64,000 nucleotides of DNA, from the NCBI GenBank assembly GCA_963740355.1, contig CAVUDW010000003.1:1536001-1600000 (forward strand). The letters run 5' to 3'. Shown here piece after piece: positions 51,623 through 61,757 of this stretch. This stretch comes from an uncultured Gemmatimonadaceae bacterium. Lineage in GTDB: Bacteria; Gemmatimonadota; Gemmatimonadetes; Gemmatimonadales; Gemmatimonadaceae. A model generated the notes under the pieces. It had not been told where the DNA came from and did no database searches. It saw only the letters and a list, made by a program, of their open reading frames with translations. How positions within the stretch are numbered: position 1 is the stretch's first letter; every line of letters begins with the position of its first letter. The translations under genes and the position numbers were made by a program.

Positions 51623-53062
51623 TTACGGGCGGATCGGCTTCAGCTCAGTGCGGCGGTTCAGAGCCTTGCCAGCCCTGGTCGCATTCGTTGCACGCGGCTG
51701 GCTCGGGCCGTAGCCCTTCGTCTCGAGGCGGCTGGCATCGATCCCAGCGGCGACGAGAGTGCGCTTCACCACTTCTGCACGAGCCAGGGACAGGCGCTCG
51801 TTCAGCTTCGCCGAACCAGTGGCGTCGGTGTGACCACCGATTTCGACACGGACATCCGACGACGTCTTCAGCAGCTCAGCAGCGCGGAGCAGGATCTGAC
51901 GTGAGCTCGGAGCGAGGACCGACGAGTTGGTGCGGAAGAGCACACCCTCGAGGACCAGCGTCTTCGCCGTGTCGAGCACCGTGCGGACGATCGTGCAGCC
52001 ATTCGCATCGACCTTGGTGCCGGCCGGAGTGTTCGGGCAGCGGTCAGCGTCATCGTTCACGCCGTCGCCATCGGAATCCTTCGGGATCGAGCAGCCTTCT
52101 GCCGTCACCTGATCACCACGCGGGGTGTTCGGGCAGCGATCGCGGAAGTCAGGCACGCCGTCCATGTCGCTGTCGATCGGGCAACCCGTCGCGTCGACCT
52201 TCACGCCAGCTGGCGTGTTGGCGCACTTGTCCTGGTAGTCCGCGACGCCGTCCTTGTCGCTGTCCACCGGGCAACCCGTGCTGTCGACCGTCACGCCAGC
52301 CGGCGTGTTCGCGCACTTGTCGAGATAATCCGCCACGCCGTCACGATCGCTGTCGAGCGGGCAGCCGGTCGCGTCAACCCGGACACCAGCCGGCGTATTC
52401 GCGCACTTGTCCATCTTGTCGGCCACACCGTCGCCGTCAGCATCCTTCGGCTTGGTGTTGAAGAGGTAGCTGACGCCGAACTGGCCGCCGATGTTCGTGC
52501 TCCGCTTGCCGTTGAAAAGGCGATTGTCCGCCGCTTCGAACTGCGAGCCGTCGACCGTCACCGCTGCGCGGAACGCAACGTTGTCGGTCAGGCCGAGGCG
52601 GGCGCCGATCAGCGTGGCCCAGCTGTATTCATTGAACTTCTTGGCAGTCTGGGCTGAGTTGGCGCCAACAGGAATGTTGGGCTCCAACCACCGCTGCTCA
52701 TTACGTACAGCGCCAAGTCCGAGGAGGAGCTCAACCTGCTCCGCCACCGGAAGAGAAAACACACCGCGGAGATGAATCGGCGTGTACGACGAAAGCGATC
52801 GCGTCCCGACTGGGACATTCGTCACGCGGCCATTCGCCGACGAGATTTCAGCCTCGACAGCAAAGTTCCGGTGCAAATACAGGCCGAGCAGGCCGGTTGG
52901 CGAGGTAACGGACGAATAGTTCTTGATGCCGACGTCCGACACGCGGACTCCAGCATTGACTTCGACCGTTCCTGCCTGGGGCGTCTGCGCAAACAGCGGC
53001 GCTGCGCTGATCGCAAGCGCGAACAGCGAGCCCGCCGAGCGCAGGCGAACAGATAGCGTCAT
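51623..53062 (-). CDS. OmpA-family outer-membrane protein with thrombospondin type-3 repeats
   Basis: Signal peptide; beta-barrel; five DxDxDG..D..D.C.NTP repeats; GHTD, LSLARA, NRRTE; GGAGG RBS. Confidence 0.95.
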   Translation of the reverse strand: MTLSVRLRSAGSLFALAISAAPLFAQTPQAGTVEVNAGVRVSDVGIKNYSSVTSPTGLLGLYLHRNFAVEAEISSANGRVTNVPVGTRSLSSYTPIHLRGVFSLPVAEQVELLLGLGAVRNEQRWLEPNIPVGANSAQTAKKFNEYSWATLIGARLGLTDNVAFRAAVTVDGSQFEAADNRLFNGKRSTNIGGQFGVSYLFNTKPKDADGDGVADKMDKCANTPAGVRVDATGCPLDSDRDGVADYLDKCANTPAGVTVDSTGCPVDSDKDGVADYQDKCANTPAGVKVDATGCPIDSDMDGVPDFRDRCPNTPRGDQVTAEGCSIPKDSDGDGVNDDADRCPNTPAGTKVDANGCTIVRTVLDTAKTLVLEGVLFRTNSSVLAPSSRQILLRAAELLKTSSDVRVEIGGHTDATGSAKLNERLSLARAEVVKRTLVAAGIDASRLETKGYGPSQPRATNATRAGKALNRRTELKPIRP

Positions 53063-53365
53063 GCCACCTCCGAAGGGGTGTTAAGTGCGAGGATGCTGCT
53101 GAGATTCCGGAAGTTCACCCGCTAGAGCCGAATGCGCTAGCGGTCCGGAACTTATTGGTACCGCAAGGGATGGGCCCAGAAGCGAACTCATCAGAGACGC
53201 TTCCGAGACATCGCCCGACCAACATTCGGAATAGTGCCGGATTCGGGTCCATTCTGCCAGTGATCGTAAGCAAATGATCACCAGCGAAAACGGCCGAGTT
53301 CGGCAATGAATTCCGAGTCGACACACACCACCTGCGTGAGTGTTACCTGCCGCAGTATCGGCTCG

Positions 53366-55039
53366 TCACGCGCGTTTCTCAGGCCCCGGTTCACGGCGCT
53401 GCCGCCACATCGACGGCCGACGCGTTCCACGTGCCCAACCCACGACGCTCACGGCCAGCGACACTGCGCCAACCAGCACCCAGAGCGTCATCGACGCCCG
53501 GGGACCACCCGGCGTCACCGCCGCACCGAGGAAGAGCGACGCCAACACCCACCCGGCGATCAGGCACAGGTGCCCGACGATCTTCTGCTGCACCACCACG
53601 TGCACCGCCAATGACACCAACAACCACCCCCAGAACGGCACCAGCACACCACGGAACACCGCGTCCACGAATCCTGCCGCCGACAACGACTCAAACGACT
53701 CACCGGAGGAAAGCAGCGCCGTGATCGCCGCCGTCGTCGTCAGCAGTGCCACGACCATCGCCTGTGCCATCAGCACACCGAGGACGCTCCCCAGGACCCG
53801 CGCGCGATCACTGATCGGCAATGCATCGAACAAGGGAGCGGAACGGTCATCCCGTTCCCGCCACACCAACTCGCCAGCGTAGATCGTCGCGAGCAGGATC
53901 AGGAAAAGCTGCGAGTGCAAAACGAGCCCACCGATGGTGCGCTGCAGCAGTTCGGCCGACGATCGGGCCCCCGCCGCATCCAATGCAGCATGGACGCCGA
54001 CATTCACAGCGCCCAGCGCCGCCAGCACGCGCCATCCCGTATCGCGCAGCATCCATCGCGCCACATACCAGCCACTCGCACCCACTCCACGCCATGCGCC
54101 GCTGGCAATTGCATTGGCATTGGCATTGGCGCGCGCGATGCTCCCGGCCGCGCCCATACGCGCCGCACTCGTTCCCGCATCACGTGCGAGCGGCCCGACG
54201 ACAGCAACACCGTCACTCGGACCTGTCGCACGCAGGCTGCGCCGTCTTCCACCGCGAAGCACGGCGCCGAGCGCCGACACACCACCCAGTGCCAGCCAGA
54301 GTGCACGATTCCAGAGCAGCGCACCTGTCACCGGCATCGGCCGCACGACTCGCTCTGCGTCGGTCCACTCCTGCGTCGCCGCCAATAACGGCGCGCTGCC
54401 AAACGGATCGACCAGCAAGAACGTCGCGCCAGCTGCCTTCGCCGCCACCGCGTCGACCGCCGCACTCCAAAGCCAGATCAGCAGAAGCCCCTGACCGACG
54501 ATCACCCACAGCCGTCCACTCGAGACACCCACCGCGAACTGCAGCGCACCAATCGCCAGCATCGTCGGCATCGCCAGCAGCACGAACGGCGGCACGACCG
54601 CTCGCACTGCTGAGACGAACTCTCCGCCACCGACCACCGCGCCAAGCACCAATCCCAGTGGCACCGCGCTGTAGATGAGGCCCAACATCACCAGCGCCGC
54701 GATCAACTTCCCCGCCAGATATTCGCGTGACGTGAGTTGCGTGGCGGCGATCAGGTCGGCCACACGATCTGCGCGATCACGCAAGACCACCGTCGCGGCG
54801 ACCATCGTCGTGATCACCTGTCCGAACGCGGTCAAGGCGGTGCTGGCGAGCATGATCGACCACGCAGCGTCGCGAGGCACCGCACCGCGATCCCGAACCA
54901 GTTCCACCGGCCCGGCCGCAGCAAACGCGGCACCGAGTGCGATGAAGACGAGCATGTAGAGCAACGTCAGGGGCTCGCGCCGTTGTATACGCAACTCGAG
55001 ACGTAGCACCGCCGCCACGCGCTGCAAACGATCGCTCAC
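53366..55039 (-). CDS. ABC-2 type permease (duplicated halves)
   Basis: Many TM helices; VLRDRADR and VWRERDDR repeated halves; downstream of the ABC ATPase. Confidence 0.8.
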   Translation of the reverse strand: MSDRLQRVAAVLRLELRIQRREPLTLLYMLVFIALGAAFAAAGPVELVRDRGAVPRDAAWSIMLASTALTAFGQVITTMVAATVVLRDRADRVADLIAATQLTSREYLAGKLIAALVMLGLIYSAVPLGLVLGAVVGGGEFVSAVRAVVPPFVLLAMPTMLAIGALQFAVGVSSGRLWVIVGQGLLLIWLWSAAVDAVAAKAAGATFLLVDPFGSAPLLAATQEWTDAERVVRPMPVTGALLWNRALWLALGGVSALGAVLRGGRRRSLRATGPSDGVAVVGPLARDAGTSAARMGAAGSIARANANANAIASGAWRGVGASGWYVARWMLRDTGWRVLAALGAVNVGVHAALDAAGARSSAELLQRTIGGLVLHSQLFLILLATIYAGELVWRERDDRSAPLFDALPISDRARVLGSVLGVLMAQAMVVALLTTTAAITALLSSGESFESLSAAGFVDAVFRGVLVPFWGWLLVSLAVHVVVQQKIVGHLCLIAGWVLASLFLGAAVTPGGPRASMTLWVLVGAVSLAVSVVGWARGTRRPSMWRQRREPGPEKRA

Positions 55040-55069
55040 GGCGCGCTCATTCGTCGCCCCACGCCATCC

Positions 55070-55936
55070 TCACTCTGCCGTCGCCTCAGCGAATACATCG
55101 TCCAGCGTCGGTTCGGCCAGCGCGAATCGCGCGTCGGGTGCGGCGTCGGCGATCACCGTCATCTCGATCGCACCATGCACCAGGAACTCTCGTACGACAC
55201 GCGAATGCTGCCGCACCAGCGCCCCTTCGGCCCGCGTCAGGTGCGCCCGGTACACACGCCCGCGAAGCGCGTCGATCAACACGGAGGGTGCGCCGGATCG
55301 GACGACACGACCACGCTGCAGGATCACCGCTGAATCACAGAGGGCTTCCACGTCGGCGACGAGGTGCGTCGACAGCAGCACCGCCCGCTCTTCGGCCAAC
55401 TCCACCAGCAAGTCGAACACCCGGTACCGCTCCGACGGATCGAGCGCCACGGTCGGCTCGTCGACGATCAGGACATCCGGCCCGCCAACGAGCGCCAGCG
55501 CAATGCCGAGCCGTTGCCGCATGCCACCCGACAACGCGCGCACGGCACGATGCCGCTCGGTCCAGAGATTGACGCGCCGCAGCATCACGTCGACCGCGTC
55601 GCGGCGCTCCGACTTGCCGGAAAACCCCTTCAGTACCGCAAAGTGATCGAGCAACTCGGCTGGCGTGAGTGCCTGGGGAAACCCGAAGTCCTGCGGCAGG
55701 TACCCAAGCCGCGCGCGTGCCGCATCCGGGTCCGCCAGCGCATCGATACCCGCCAGCGTGACCGTACCGCTGTCGGGTCGCTGCAACGTGGCGAGCACAC
55801 GCAGCAACGTCGATTTGCCGGCCCCATTCGCACCCAGCAGGCCAGTCACTTCCCCGCGCGAAACCTCGATCGAGACGTCGTCGAGCGCGCGCACCCCGCC
55901 TCGATACACGACGGAAATGTGACGCCCGACAATCAT
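55070..55936 (-). CDS. ABC transporter ATP-binding protein
   Basis: GANGAGKS, LSGGMRQR, IVDEP, STH. Confidence 0.96.
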   Translation of the reverse strand: MIVGRHISVVYRGGVRALDDVSIEVSRGEVTGLLGANGAGKSTLLRVLATLQRPDSGTVTLAGIDALADPDAARARLGYLPQDFGFPQALTPAELLDHFAVLKGFSGKSERRDAVDVMLRRVNLWTERHRAVRALSGGMRQRLGIALALVGGPDVLIVDEPTVALDPSERYRVFDLLVELAEERAVLLSTHLVADVEALCDSAVILQRGRVVRSGAPSVLIDALRGRVYRAHLTRAEGALVRQHSRVVREFLVHGAIEMTVIADAAPDARFALAEPTLDDVFAEATAE

Positions 55937-55970
55937 CGCCCGCGACCGTTCCGCGCCGTTCCCGTCGCCT

Positions 55971-56348
55971 TCAGTCCCCGTCGCTCTCGCGATTCGTGCC
56001 CAGCACGAAATGCAACACGCCCGCCGTCACACTCACCACCAGTGAGCCGATCAACGCTGGTACGAACCCGTCCACGTGGAATCCAAAGCCCATCCGCGAC
56101 GACAGGTACGACGTCAGAAGCAGCATCAAGGCGTTGATCACGAGCAGGAACAGTCCGAGCGTCAGCAACACGACCGGGAACGAGAAGAACTGGAGGATCG
56201 GCTTCACGATCACGTTCACCACGCCGAACACGAACGCCACGCCGAGCAACGCAGCGTAGTTGTCACCAGTGAAGGAGATCCCGGTGACGAACTTCGTCGC
56301 CACCCAGAGTGACGCGGCGGTGACGAGCAGGCGCAGCAGGAGCTTCAC
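55971..56348 (-). CDS. 4-TM membrane protein (YvlD/DUF360, 'phage holin family 4')
   Basis: VFGVVNVIVKPIL...LTLGLFLLVINALML. Confidence 0.88.
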   Translation of the reverse strand: MKLLLRLLVTAASLWVATKFVTGISFTGDNYAALLGVAFVFGVVNVIVKPILQFFSFPVVLLTLGLFLLVINALMLLLTSYLSSRMGFGFHVDGFVPALIGSLVVSVTAGVLHFVLGTNRESDGD

Positions 56349-56382
56349 GGTGAGACCCTCGAAAAGGAGATGTTCGACACGT

Positions 56383-57474
56383 TCAGGGAGTCGCGAGCGT
56401 GCCAAGGAAGTCGCGGAGCAGGTCGCCCCAGATCGCGGGCTGCGAATGTGTGCCGTGCCCACGCGTCTGGTCCGTGATCGGCAGCAACACGAACTTGGCG
56501 TGCGGCATTCGCGCATCCAGTTGCTCGGCAAAACGCAATTCCGGCGGATTGACCTCGTCATCCTCGGAATTGATGTGCAGCACCGGCACCCGGATCTCGC
56601 TCAGGTGCGTCGATGGATCGTAGTCGCTGCTGGCGTCGAACTGGTAGAGGAAGTCGTTCGCATCGGTGGTCGTGATGCGCGAATCGATGAACGCCCGGAT
56701 CACGGAATCAGCTGCGTCGCGCGTGGGGGCCTGCTTTTGCTGCACCAGCGGTGCGGTGCCCATCATCCAGAGAATTTCAAGGGCGCCACGCAGGCCCGCA
56801 CGCGGCGGTGCGGTGTAGTCCCCGCCGCGCCATTCCGGATCCTGGCGAATGGCATCCATCGCCAGCGTCCGCATCATGCGATTGCGTCCCGCGATCTGCG
56901 TCGGCACACACGCCATCGGCGCCAGCGCATCCGCAAAACCGGCGTACATCCAGCCCCACGTGAAAGCGTGCATGCAGCCCATCGACGTACCAATGATCAG
57001 GCGCAGGTGCGCAACGCCGAGCGCTTCGGTCAACAAGCGCTGCTGCGCCTTCACCATGTCGCGATAGCCATAGTGCGGAAAACGAGCGCGCAGCCCATCG
57101 CTTGGCTTGGACGATCCGCCATGCCCGATGCCATCCGGAAGGACGATGAAATATTTCGTCGAGTCGAGCGGCTGGCCGGGGCCGAACAATCGTCCGGCGT
57201 ACGTCGGGTTGAGGAAGCTGCGACCGGTGCCGCCGGTCCCATGCAGCACCAGCACCGCGTTCCGTACCACACCATCGGCGCCGCGGCGCGGTGCACCCAG
57301 CGTCGTGTAGTGCACGCGAAGGGTGTCCAGCCGTCCGCCGGCGCTGAACTCGAAATTGCGCAGGTTCGCGGTGCCCTGGGTACCGACGGCAGACCACGGA
57401 TTTCCCGACTGCGCCTGCATCGGCATGACGAAGGCGGCGCAGAGCGCGGCGACACAAGACAGGGATCGGATCAC
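56383..57474 (-). CDS. Secreted alpha/beta hydrolase, homoserine acetyltransferase-like
   Basis: VLHGTGG, PDGIGHG, GTSMGC, DDEVNPPE, GHGTH. Confidence 0.88.
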   Translation of the reverse strand: MIRSLSCVAALCAAFVMPMQAQSGNPWSAVGTQGTANLRNFEFSAGGRLDTLRVHYTTLGAPRRGADGVVRNAVLVLHGTGGTGRSFLNPTYAGRLFGPGQPLDSTKYFIVLPDGIGHGGSSKPSDGLRARFPHYGYRDMVKAQQRLLTEALGVAHLRLIIGTSMGCMHAFTWGWMYAGFADALAPMACVPTQIAGRNRMMRTLAMDAIRQDPEWRGGDYTAPPRAGLRGALEILWMMGTAPLVQQKQAPTRDAADSVIRAFIDSRITTTDANDFLYQFDASSDYDPSTHLSEIRVPVLHINSEDDEVNPPELRFAEQLDARMPHAKFVLLPITDQTRGHGTHSQPAIWGDLLRDFLGTLATP

Positions 57475-57519
57475 GGCGAGATCGGAGCAGGAGACGGTAA
57501 TGTCGGCCTGCGGGTCCGT

Positions 57520-59844
57520 TCAGGGCGTGGCGATCGCTGCGCGCGCCTCCCGAACCGCGGCATGCCGGTCGAGCACCTGACGCACCATCTCCAGCAGCTC
57601 CTGCGGTGTGAACGGCTTCTGCAGGAACATGCTCGCGGACGGGTCGTCGCTGGGCAGCGGAAAACTGCCTGCGGTGTAGCCGGAAACGAAGAGCACGGCA
57701 GCAGATGGCAGGAACTGGCGGGCCAGCTCGACCATCTCCTTGCCGCCCATCTCGGGCATCACCACATCGCTGACGATGAGGTCAATCGCGTCGCGCTCAC
57801 GCCGGGCGACCTGCACCCCGTCACGACCGTTGGTGGCTTCCAGCACCCGATACCCTGCCGAGCGCAGCGCACGAGCGGCGACGGCGCGCACCTGCGGCTC
57901 GTCTTCGACCAGCAACACCGTCTCGGTGCCCGATGTGACAGCCACCGGTGTGTCACTCCGCGGACGCTCCGCGCGGGCCGGCAACGGTCCCTCATAACGC
58001 GGCAGCAGGATGAAGACGGTCGTGCCACGCCCCGGTGACGATTCGATCCAGATCACCCCGTGGTGCTGGCGAATGATGCCGTAACACATCGCAAGGCCAA
58101 GTCCGGTGCCCTGGCCAACAGGCTTGGTGGTATAGAACGGCTCGAACACATGGGCCAGCGTCTCCTCGTCCATGCCCGAGCCGGTGTCGCTGACCACGAT
58201 CTCGACATAGTCGCCGGCAGGCATCGGACGCGGCAGCACGATGGCACCGTCGGCCAGCGTGCGATTCGCCGTGCGAATGGTGAGCCGCCCGCCATTCGGC
58301 ATCGCGTCGCGCGCATTCACCACCACGTTCACCAGCACCTGCTCCAGCTGCGGCCCATCGGCTCGCACATGCCAGAGTGATTCACCGAGCGTGACACGAA
58401 GCGCTACTTCGGGACCAACGAGTCGCGACAGCATGCGCTCCATGGTCGCCACGCGATCATTGAGTTCGATCGGCTGCTGCGACACCGGCTGCCGCCGCGC
58501 GAAGGCGAGCAACTGCTTGGTCAGCTGCGTGGCGCGTTCACCGGCCAACTGCACATCTGCGAGGTCCGCCTGCACCTCGTGGTCGGGAGGCAGGATTTCC
58601 CGCGCGACCGAGGCGCTGCTGAGAATGGCAGTCAGCAGGTTGTTGAAGTCGTGCGCGATGCCGCCGGCGAGACGCCCCACGGTGTCGAGCCGCTGTGCCT
58701 GCTGCAACTGCTGCTCGAGCTTGCGTCGTTCGGTCACGTCGCGCGCCACGATCACGCCGCCCACGATGTCGTGTGCGTCGCGACGTGGCCGTGCGCTGAC
58801 GTCGAAGAATTCCGGCGGGACATCCCCGTTCTCGAACGTCGCCTCGAACACCTGGTCGTTGCCGTTCAACAGCGCTGCGATGCGACCCGACCACTCCGCG
58901 GCGGCACTGGCGGGCAAGACATCGAGGACTGACACACCCTCGACCGGCGGCTGACCACCGTGGCGTCGAGTGAATGCGTCGAACGCCGGATTCCAGGCCA
59001 CCAGTCGTGCGTCCGTCCCAAACACCGCCACCAGGTCAGGCACTGCGGCGAGCGCCGAGATGAGGCTTGCGCCCGTGGCGCGCGCGCGGCGCTCGGCTTC
59101 GACCTGCCCCTCTGCCGCGCGCCGAATCTCCGTCTGTTCGTCCTCGACCAGCGCGATCGCGGTGCCGATGCCGAGCGCGGCGGTGAGAAGGATGTCGAGC
59201 AACGGCAGAGCCTGCAGGATGCCAGAGGCATAGACACTGTTTCGGCCTAGCTGCGAGGTCGCGACGAACGCCACGACGATGCGGTGCGCACCGAGCAGCA
59301 GCAGGATCCACCACATCCACCGCGCGCCGAGTGCGGACCCGCCCACCCGTGCGCGACGGATGAAGTAGGCGGCGGCCACCGTCAGTGTGCCGACTGCGGC
59401 GGACAGCACACCAACGCGCACCAGCAGGCGCGTTGACACCGAGTCAGGGCTGCCATCCTGTGGCACGCCGAGCGTGGCCGCGAGTGCGACGAGTCCCGCG
59501 CCGACCAGGGCAATCATCCACGCGGACGTCGCGTCACGCTGCGCGCGGTACAATGCCCACGCACCCATCACCAGCAAGGCGCCGTGGACATAACCCGCGG
59601 TCTGCGATACCCAGACCGCGATGTTCGGCCCGAACCCAACCGACATCGCGTTCGGCTCGCGCAGCATCAACGCCAGGATACCCATCGAGACGTGCAGCGC
59701 CTCGGCGACCCACGCCCCGGCCCACAAACGCAGGAAGTAGCGAGGATAGTAGCGTCCGAGCACATACAGCGCGCACGAGAGCAGCAGCGCAGTGGCAGCT
59801 TGCGTCGCGGCGGCAGAGTAGAGCACGAAATAGGACGGACGCAT
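57520..59844 (-). CDS. Hybrid sensor histidine kinase (7TM, PAS, HK, REC)
   Basis: HDFNN, NARDAM, DTGSGM, GTGLGL; LVEDE and SDVVMP receiver. Confidence 0.95.
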   Translation of the reverse strand: MRPSYFVLYSAAATQAATALLLSCALYVLGRYYPRYFLRLWAGAWVAEALHVSMGILALMLREPNAMSVGFGPNIAVWVSQTAGYVHGALLVMGAWALYRAQRDATSAWMIALVGAGLVALAATLGVPQDGSPDSVSTRLLVRVGVLSAAVGTLTVAAAYFIRRARVGGSALGARWMWWILLLLGAHRIVVAFVATSQLGRNSVYASGILQALPLLDILLTAALGIGTAIALVEDEQTEIRRAAEGQVEAERRARATGASLISALAAVPDLVAVFGTDARLVAWNPAFDAFTRRHGGQPPVEGVSVLDVLPASAAAEWSGRIAALLNGNDQVFEATFENGDVPPEFFDVSARPRRDAHDIVGGVIVARDVTERRKLEQQLQQAQRLDTVGRLAGGIAHDFNNLLTAILSSASVAREILPPDHEVQADLADVQLAGERATQLTKQLLAFARRQPVSQQPIELNDRVATMERMLSRLVGPEVALRVTLGESLWHVRADGPQLEQVLVNVVVNARDAMPNGGRLTIRTANRTLADGAIVLPRPMPAGDYVEIVVSDTGSGMDEETLAHVFEPFYTTKPVGQGTGLGLAMCYGIIRQHHGVIWIESSPGRGTTVFILLPRYEGPLPARAERPRSDTPVAVTSGTETVLLVEDEPQVRAVAARALRSAGYRVLEATNGRDGVQVARRERDAIDLIVSDVVMPEMGGKEMVELARQFLPSAAVLFVSGYTAGSFPLPSDDPSASMFLQKPFTPQELLEMVRQVLDRHAAVREARAAIATP

Positions 59845-60059
59845 GACGATGAGCCGGAGTGAGCCAGTTCAACCACGACAACAGGGCGCCGCCGAGCGTG
59901 ACTTCTCACAAAAGGTAATTGAGTCGCAGACTGCAACTCTTAGTGCGGTCTCATCCACAAGGTGCGTCACACTCGCCTCAGCGACTGAGCTCGCCGGCTG
60001 ACATTCCAGCGCTGCGCCGCACGGCTGGACGCGCTGCGAGTCAGGCGCAATGTTGCCAC

Positions 60060-60377
60060 ATGATCATTTACGAAGTAACCACGGACGTCGCGGCTGACGG
60101 CATCGCGGCATATGAGGCGTACATGCGCGACACGCACATTCCCGCCGTGCTCTCGTCGGGCTGCTTCGTCACGGCGTCGATCGCCATGTCGTTCCGGGGA
60201 CGCTACCGGGTGCGATACGTGGCGCGGAACATGGATGTGCTCGATCGGTATCTTGCATCGTACGCTCCGCAATTCAGGGCGGACTTCGCCTCGCATCTTG
60301 GCAGCCGCGTCGAGGTGTCGCGCGAAGTCTGGACCGAGTTGCAGCACTGGGACGCGAAATCGACTGGGGCGGCCTGA
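60060..60377 (+). CDS. DUF4286-like protein
   Basis: MIIYEVT...HIPAVLSSGCF...LDRYLASYAPQFR. Confidence 0.8.
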   Translation: MIIYEVTTDVAADGIAAYEAYMRDTHIPAVLSSGCFVTASIAMSFRGRYRVRYVARNMDVLDRYLASYAPQFRADFASHLGSRVEVSREVWTELQHWDAKSTGAA

Positions 60378-60464
60378 CGCCCTGACCGGCGTTCAGCGAC
60401 ATTTCACGAGCCGGCCGTCGCCGGTCGCCGGTCTCCGCCCGCCATCTGCCTTCATTCGCCAACC

Positions 60465-60908
60465 ATGCGATTTCTGCCCCTGACCGTGTGCGCACTCGCA
60501 CTGAGCACCGCCGCCTCGACCCTGTACGCGCAGGCGCCTGCCACCGCACCCGCGCCGGCTCCCGTGATCGGGATTCTCCTGCCGACCAATGGCGCGACCG
60601 TGACCAGTCCCGTCACCGTGCGATTCCGCCTCGCGAACTACGGCGTGGCGCCCGCTGGCACCCAGATGGAGCGCACCGGACATTTTCATCTGCTGATCGA
60701 TGACGAGGCCGGCGCGCCCGGCACGGTGATTCCGGCCGACAGCATGCACATCCATTACGGCAAGGGGCAGATCGAGGTCTCGGTGCCGGTTCCACTCGGC
60801 CGCCACACGCTGCGCGCGGTGCTGGGTGATTACGCGCACAAGGTGATCGGCCCCGAACTCGTCTCGGCGCCGGTCAGCATCCGGGTCGTGCCAGGCAAGT
60901 CGCGCTAA
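60465..60908 (+). CDS. DUF4399-like secreted protein
   Basis: Signal peptide; GVAPAG; TGHFHLLID; HYGKGQ; GRHTL. Confidence 0.85.
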   Translation: MRFLPLTVCALALSTAASTLYAQAPATAPAPAPVIGILLPTNGATVTSPVTVRFRLANYGVAPAGTQMERTGHFHLLIDDEAGAPGTVIPADSMHIHYGKGQIEVSVPVPLGRHTLRAVLGDYAHKVIGPELVSAPVSIRVVPGKSR

Positions 60909-60938
60909 CGGCAGCCCGCAAGCCGCTGGATGTCGGGC

Positions 60939-61727
60939 TCACGCCGATGCGTGACGACTCGGCATCCAGATCCGGCCTTCGATCGCTTCGAGTGCGTCGG
61001 ATCGCGCCCACGCTTCAGAGTCGAGAGGCGTAGCCGACATCACGATCGCTGAAATGCCAGCATCGAAGGCATCCTCCGAACGCGTCATCAGCGCGCGAAA
61101 TTCTTCCGGCACGTCCGGATGGTGGCGAGCCAGGTGCTCAGCCCGCGCGCCGCTGCTGCTCTTGACCACCGCGCCCGTGAAGAACCGGGGATAGATCTCC
61201 ACCACGGTGTGCGTGTTCGCCGCATCGAATGGCCAGATCGCCCAGCCAGCGTGCCGCAACCTGCGAAGCATCGGCATGCCGCGGATCGATCCGGTGCCGA
61301 CTGAGCCCGCACCGCCGACCTGAAAGACCGACTTCGGCCGAATCGAGGCTGGCCCGTTGCGTTCCGTCGCACGCAGGCCGTCGATCGCCGGATGGCTACG
61401 TCCCTTGCCGGGACGCCCCCAGAAAGGCGGTGCGCAGTCCGTGAGCCAGCGCTCGCCGTCGGCTTCCGCCGCCGCCCAGATCGCGTCGGCGTCTCGCCAT
61501 CCGCGCTGCTCGGCGAACCAGGCCGGCAGGCTGAAGGCGAAGTCGAGGCCGACGACGCAGGGCAGCGGGCTACGTCGGCGCTCCAGCAACACCTCGCGCA
61601 CCGCTGCTCGGCTGCCCGGGGCGTCGAGCGCAGTCAACACGCCGTCTGTCGCGCGTGCGATCCAGATGCGCGCCGCTTCGCCGGTCACGGCACCCGACCA
61701 GTCGACCGCCACGAATTCCACTGCCAC
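60939..61727 (-). CDS. DUF429-like predicted nuclease (RNase H fold)
   Basis: AVDWSG, GLDFAFSLP, VEIYP, DAFDA, EGRI. Confidence 0.7.
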   Translation of the reverse strand: MAVEFVAVDWSGAVTGEAARIWIARATDGVLTALDAPGSRAAVREVLLERRRSPLPCVVGLDFAFSLPAWFAEQRGWRDADAIWAAAEADGERWLTDCAPPFWGRPGKGRSHPAIDGLRATERNGPASIRPKSVFQVGGAGSVGTGSIRGMPMLRRLRHAGWAIWPFDAANTHTVVEIYPRFFTGAVVKSSSGARAEHLARHHPDVPEEFRALMTRSEDAFDAGISAIVMSATPLDSEAWARSDALEAIEGRIWMPSRHASA

Positions 61728-61757
61728 CTGCGTGCCGCTTCGAGCGCGTTCTCGCGA

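Noticed and set aside
52030..52450. DNA tandem repeat as a separate element
   Set aside because: Explained by the thrombospondin type-3 protein repeats of the OmpA gene
53187..53194. Hammerhead ribozyme core (CUGAUGAG on the minus strand)
   Set aside because: No stem II followed by GAAA; the motif sits in a simple hairpin loop
54111..54130. GCATTG short tandem repeat as a phase-variation switch
   Set aside because: Only about three units and in frame (ANANANA linker), so it cannot shift the frame
55971..56348. Prophage lysis gene
   Set aside because: This family is a common chromosomal membrane protein and there are no phage genes around it
56260..58038. Long antisense or alternative-frame ORFs (also 61953-63344, 44836-46116, 8852-10051 and others)
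   Set aside because: Shadows of real genes caused by high-GC codon bias; no recognisable motifs
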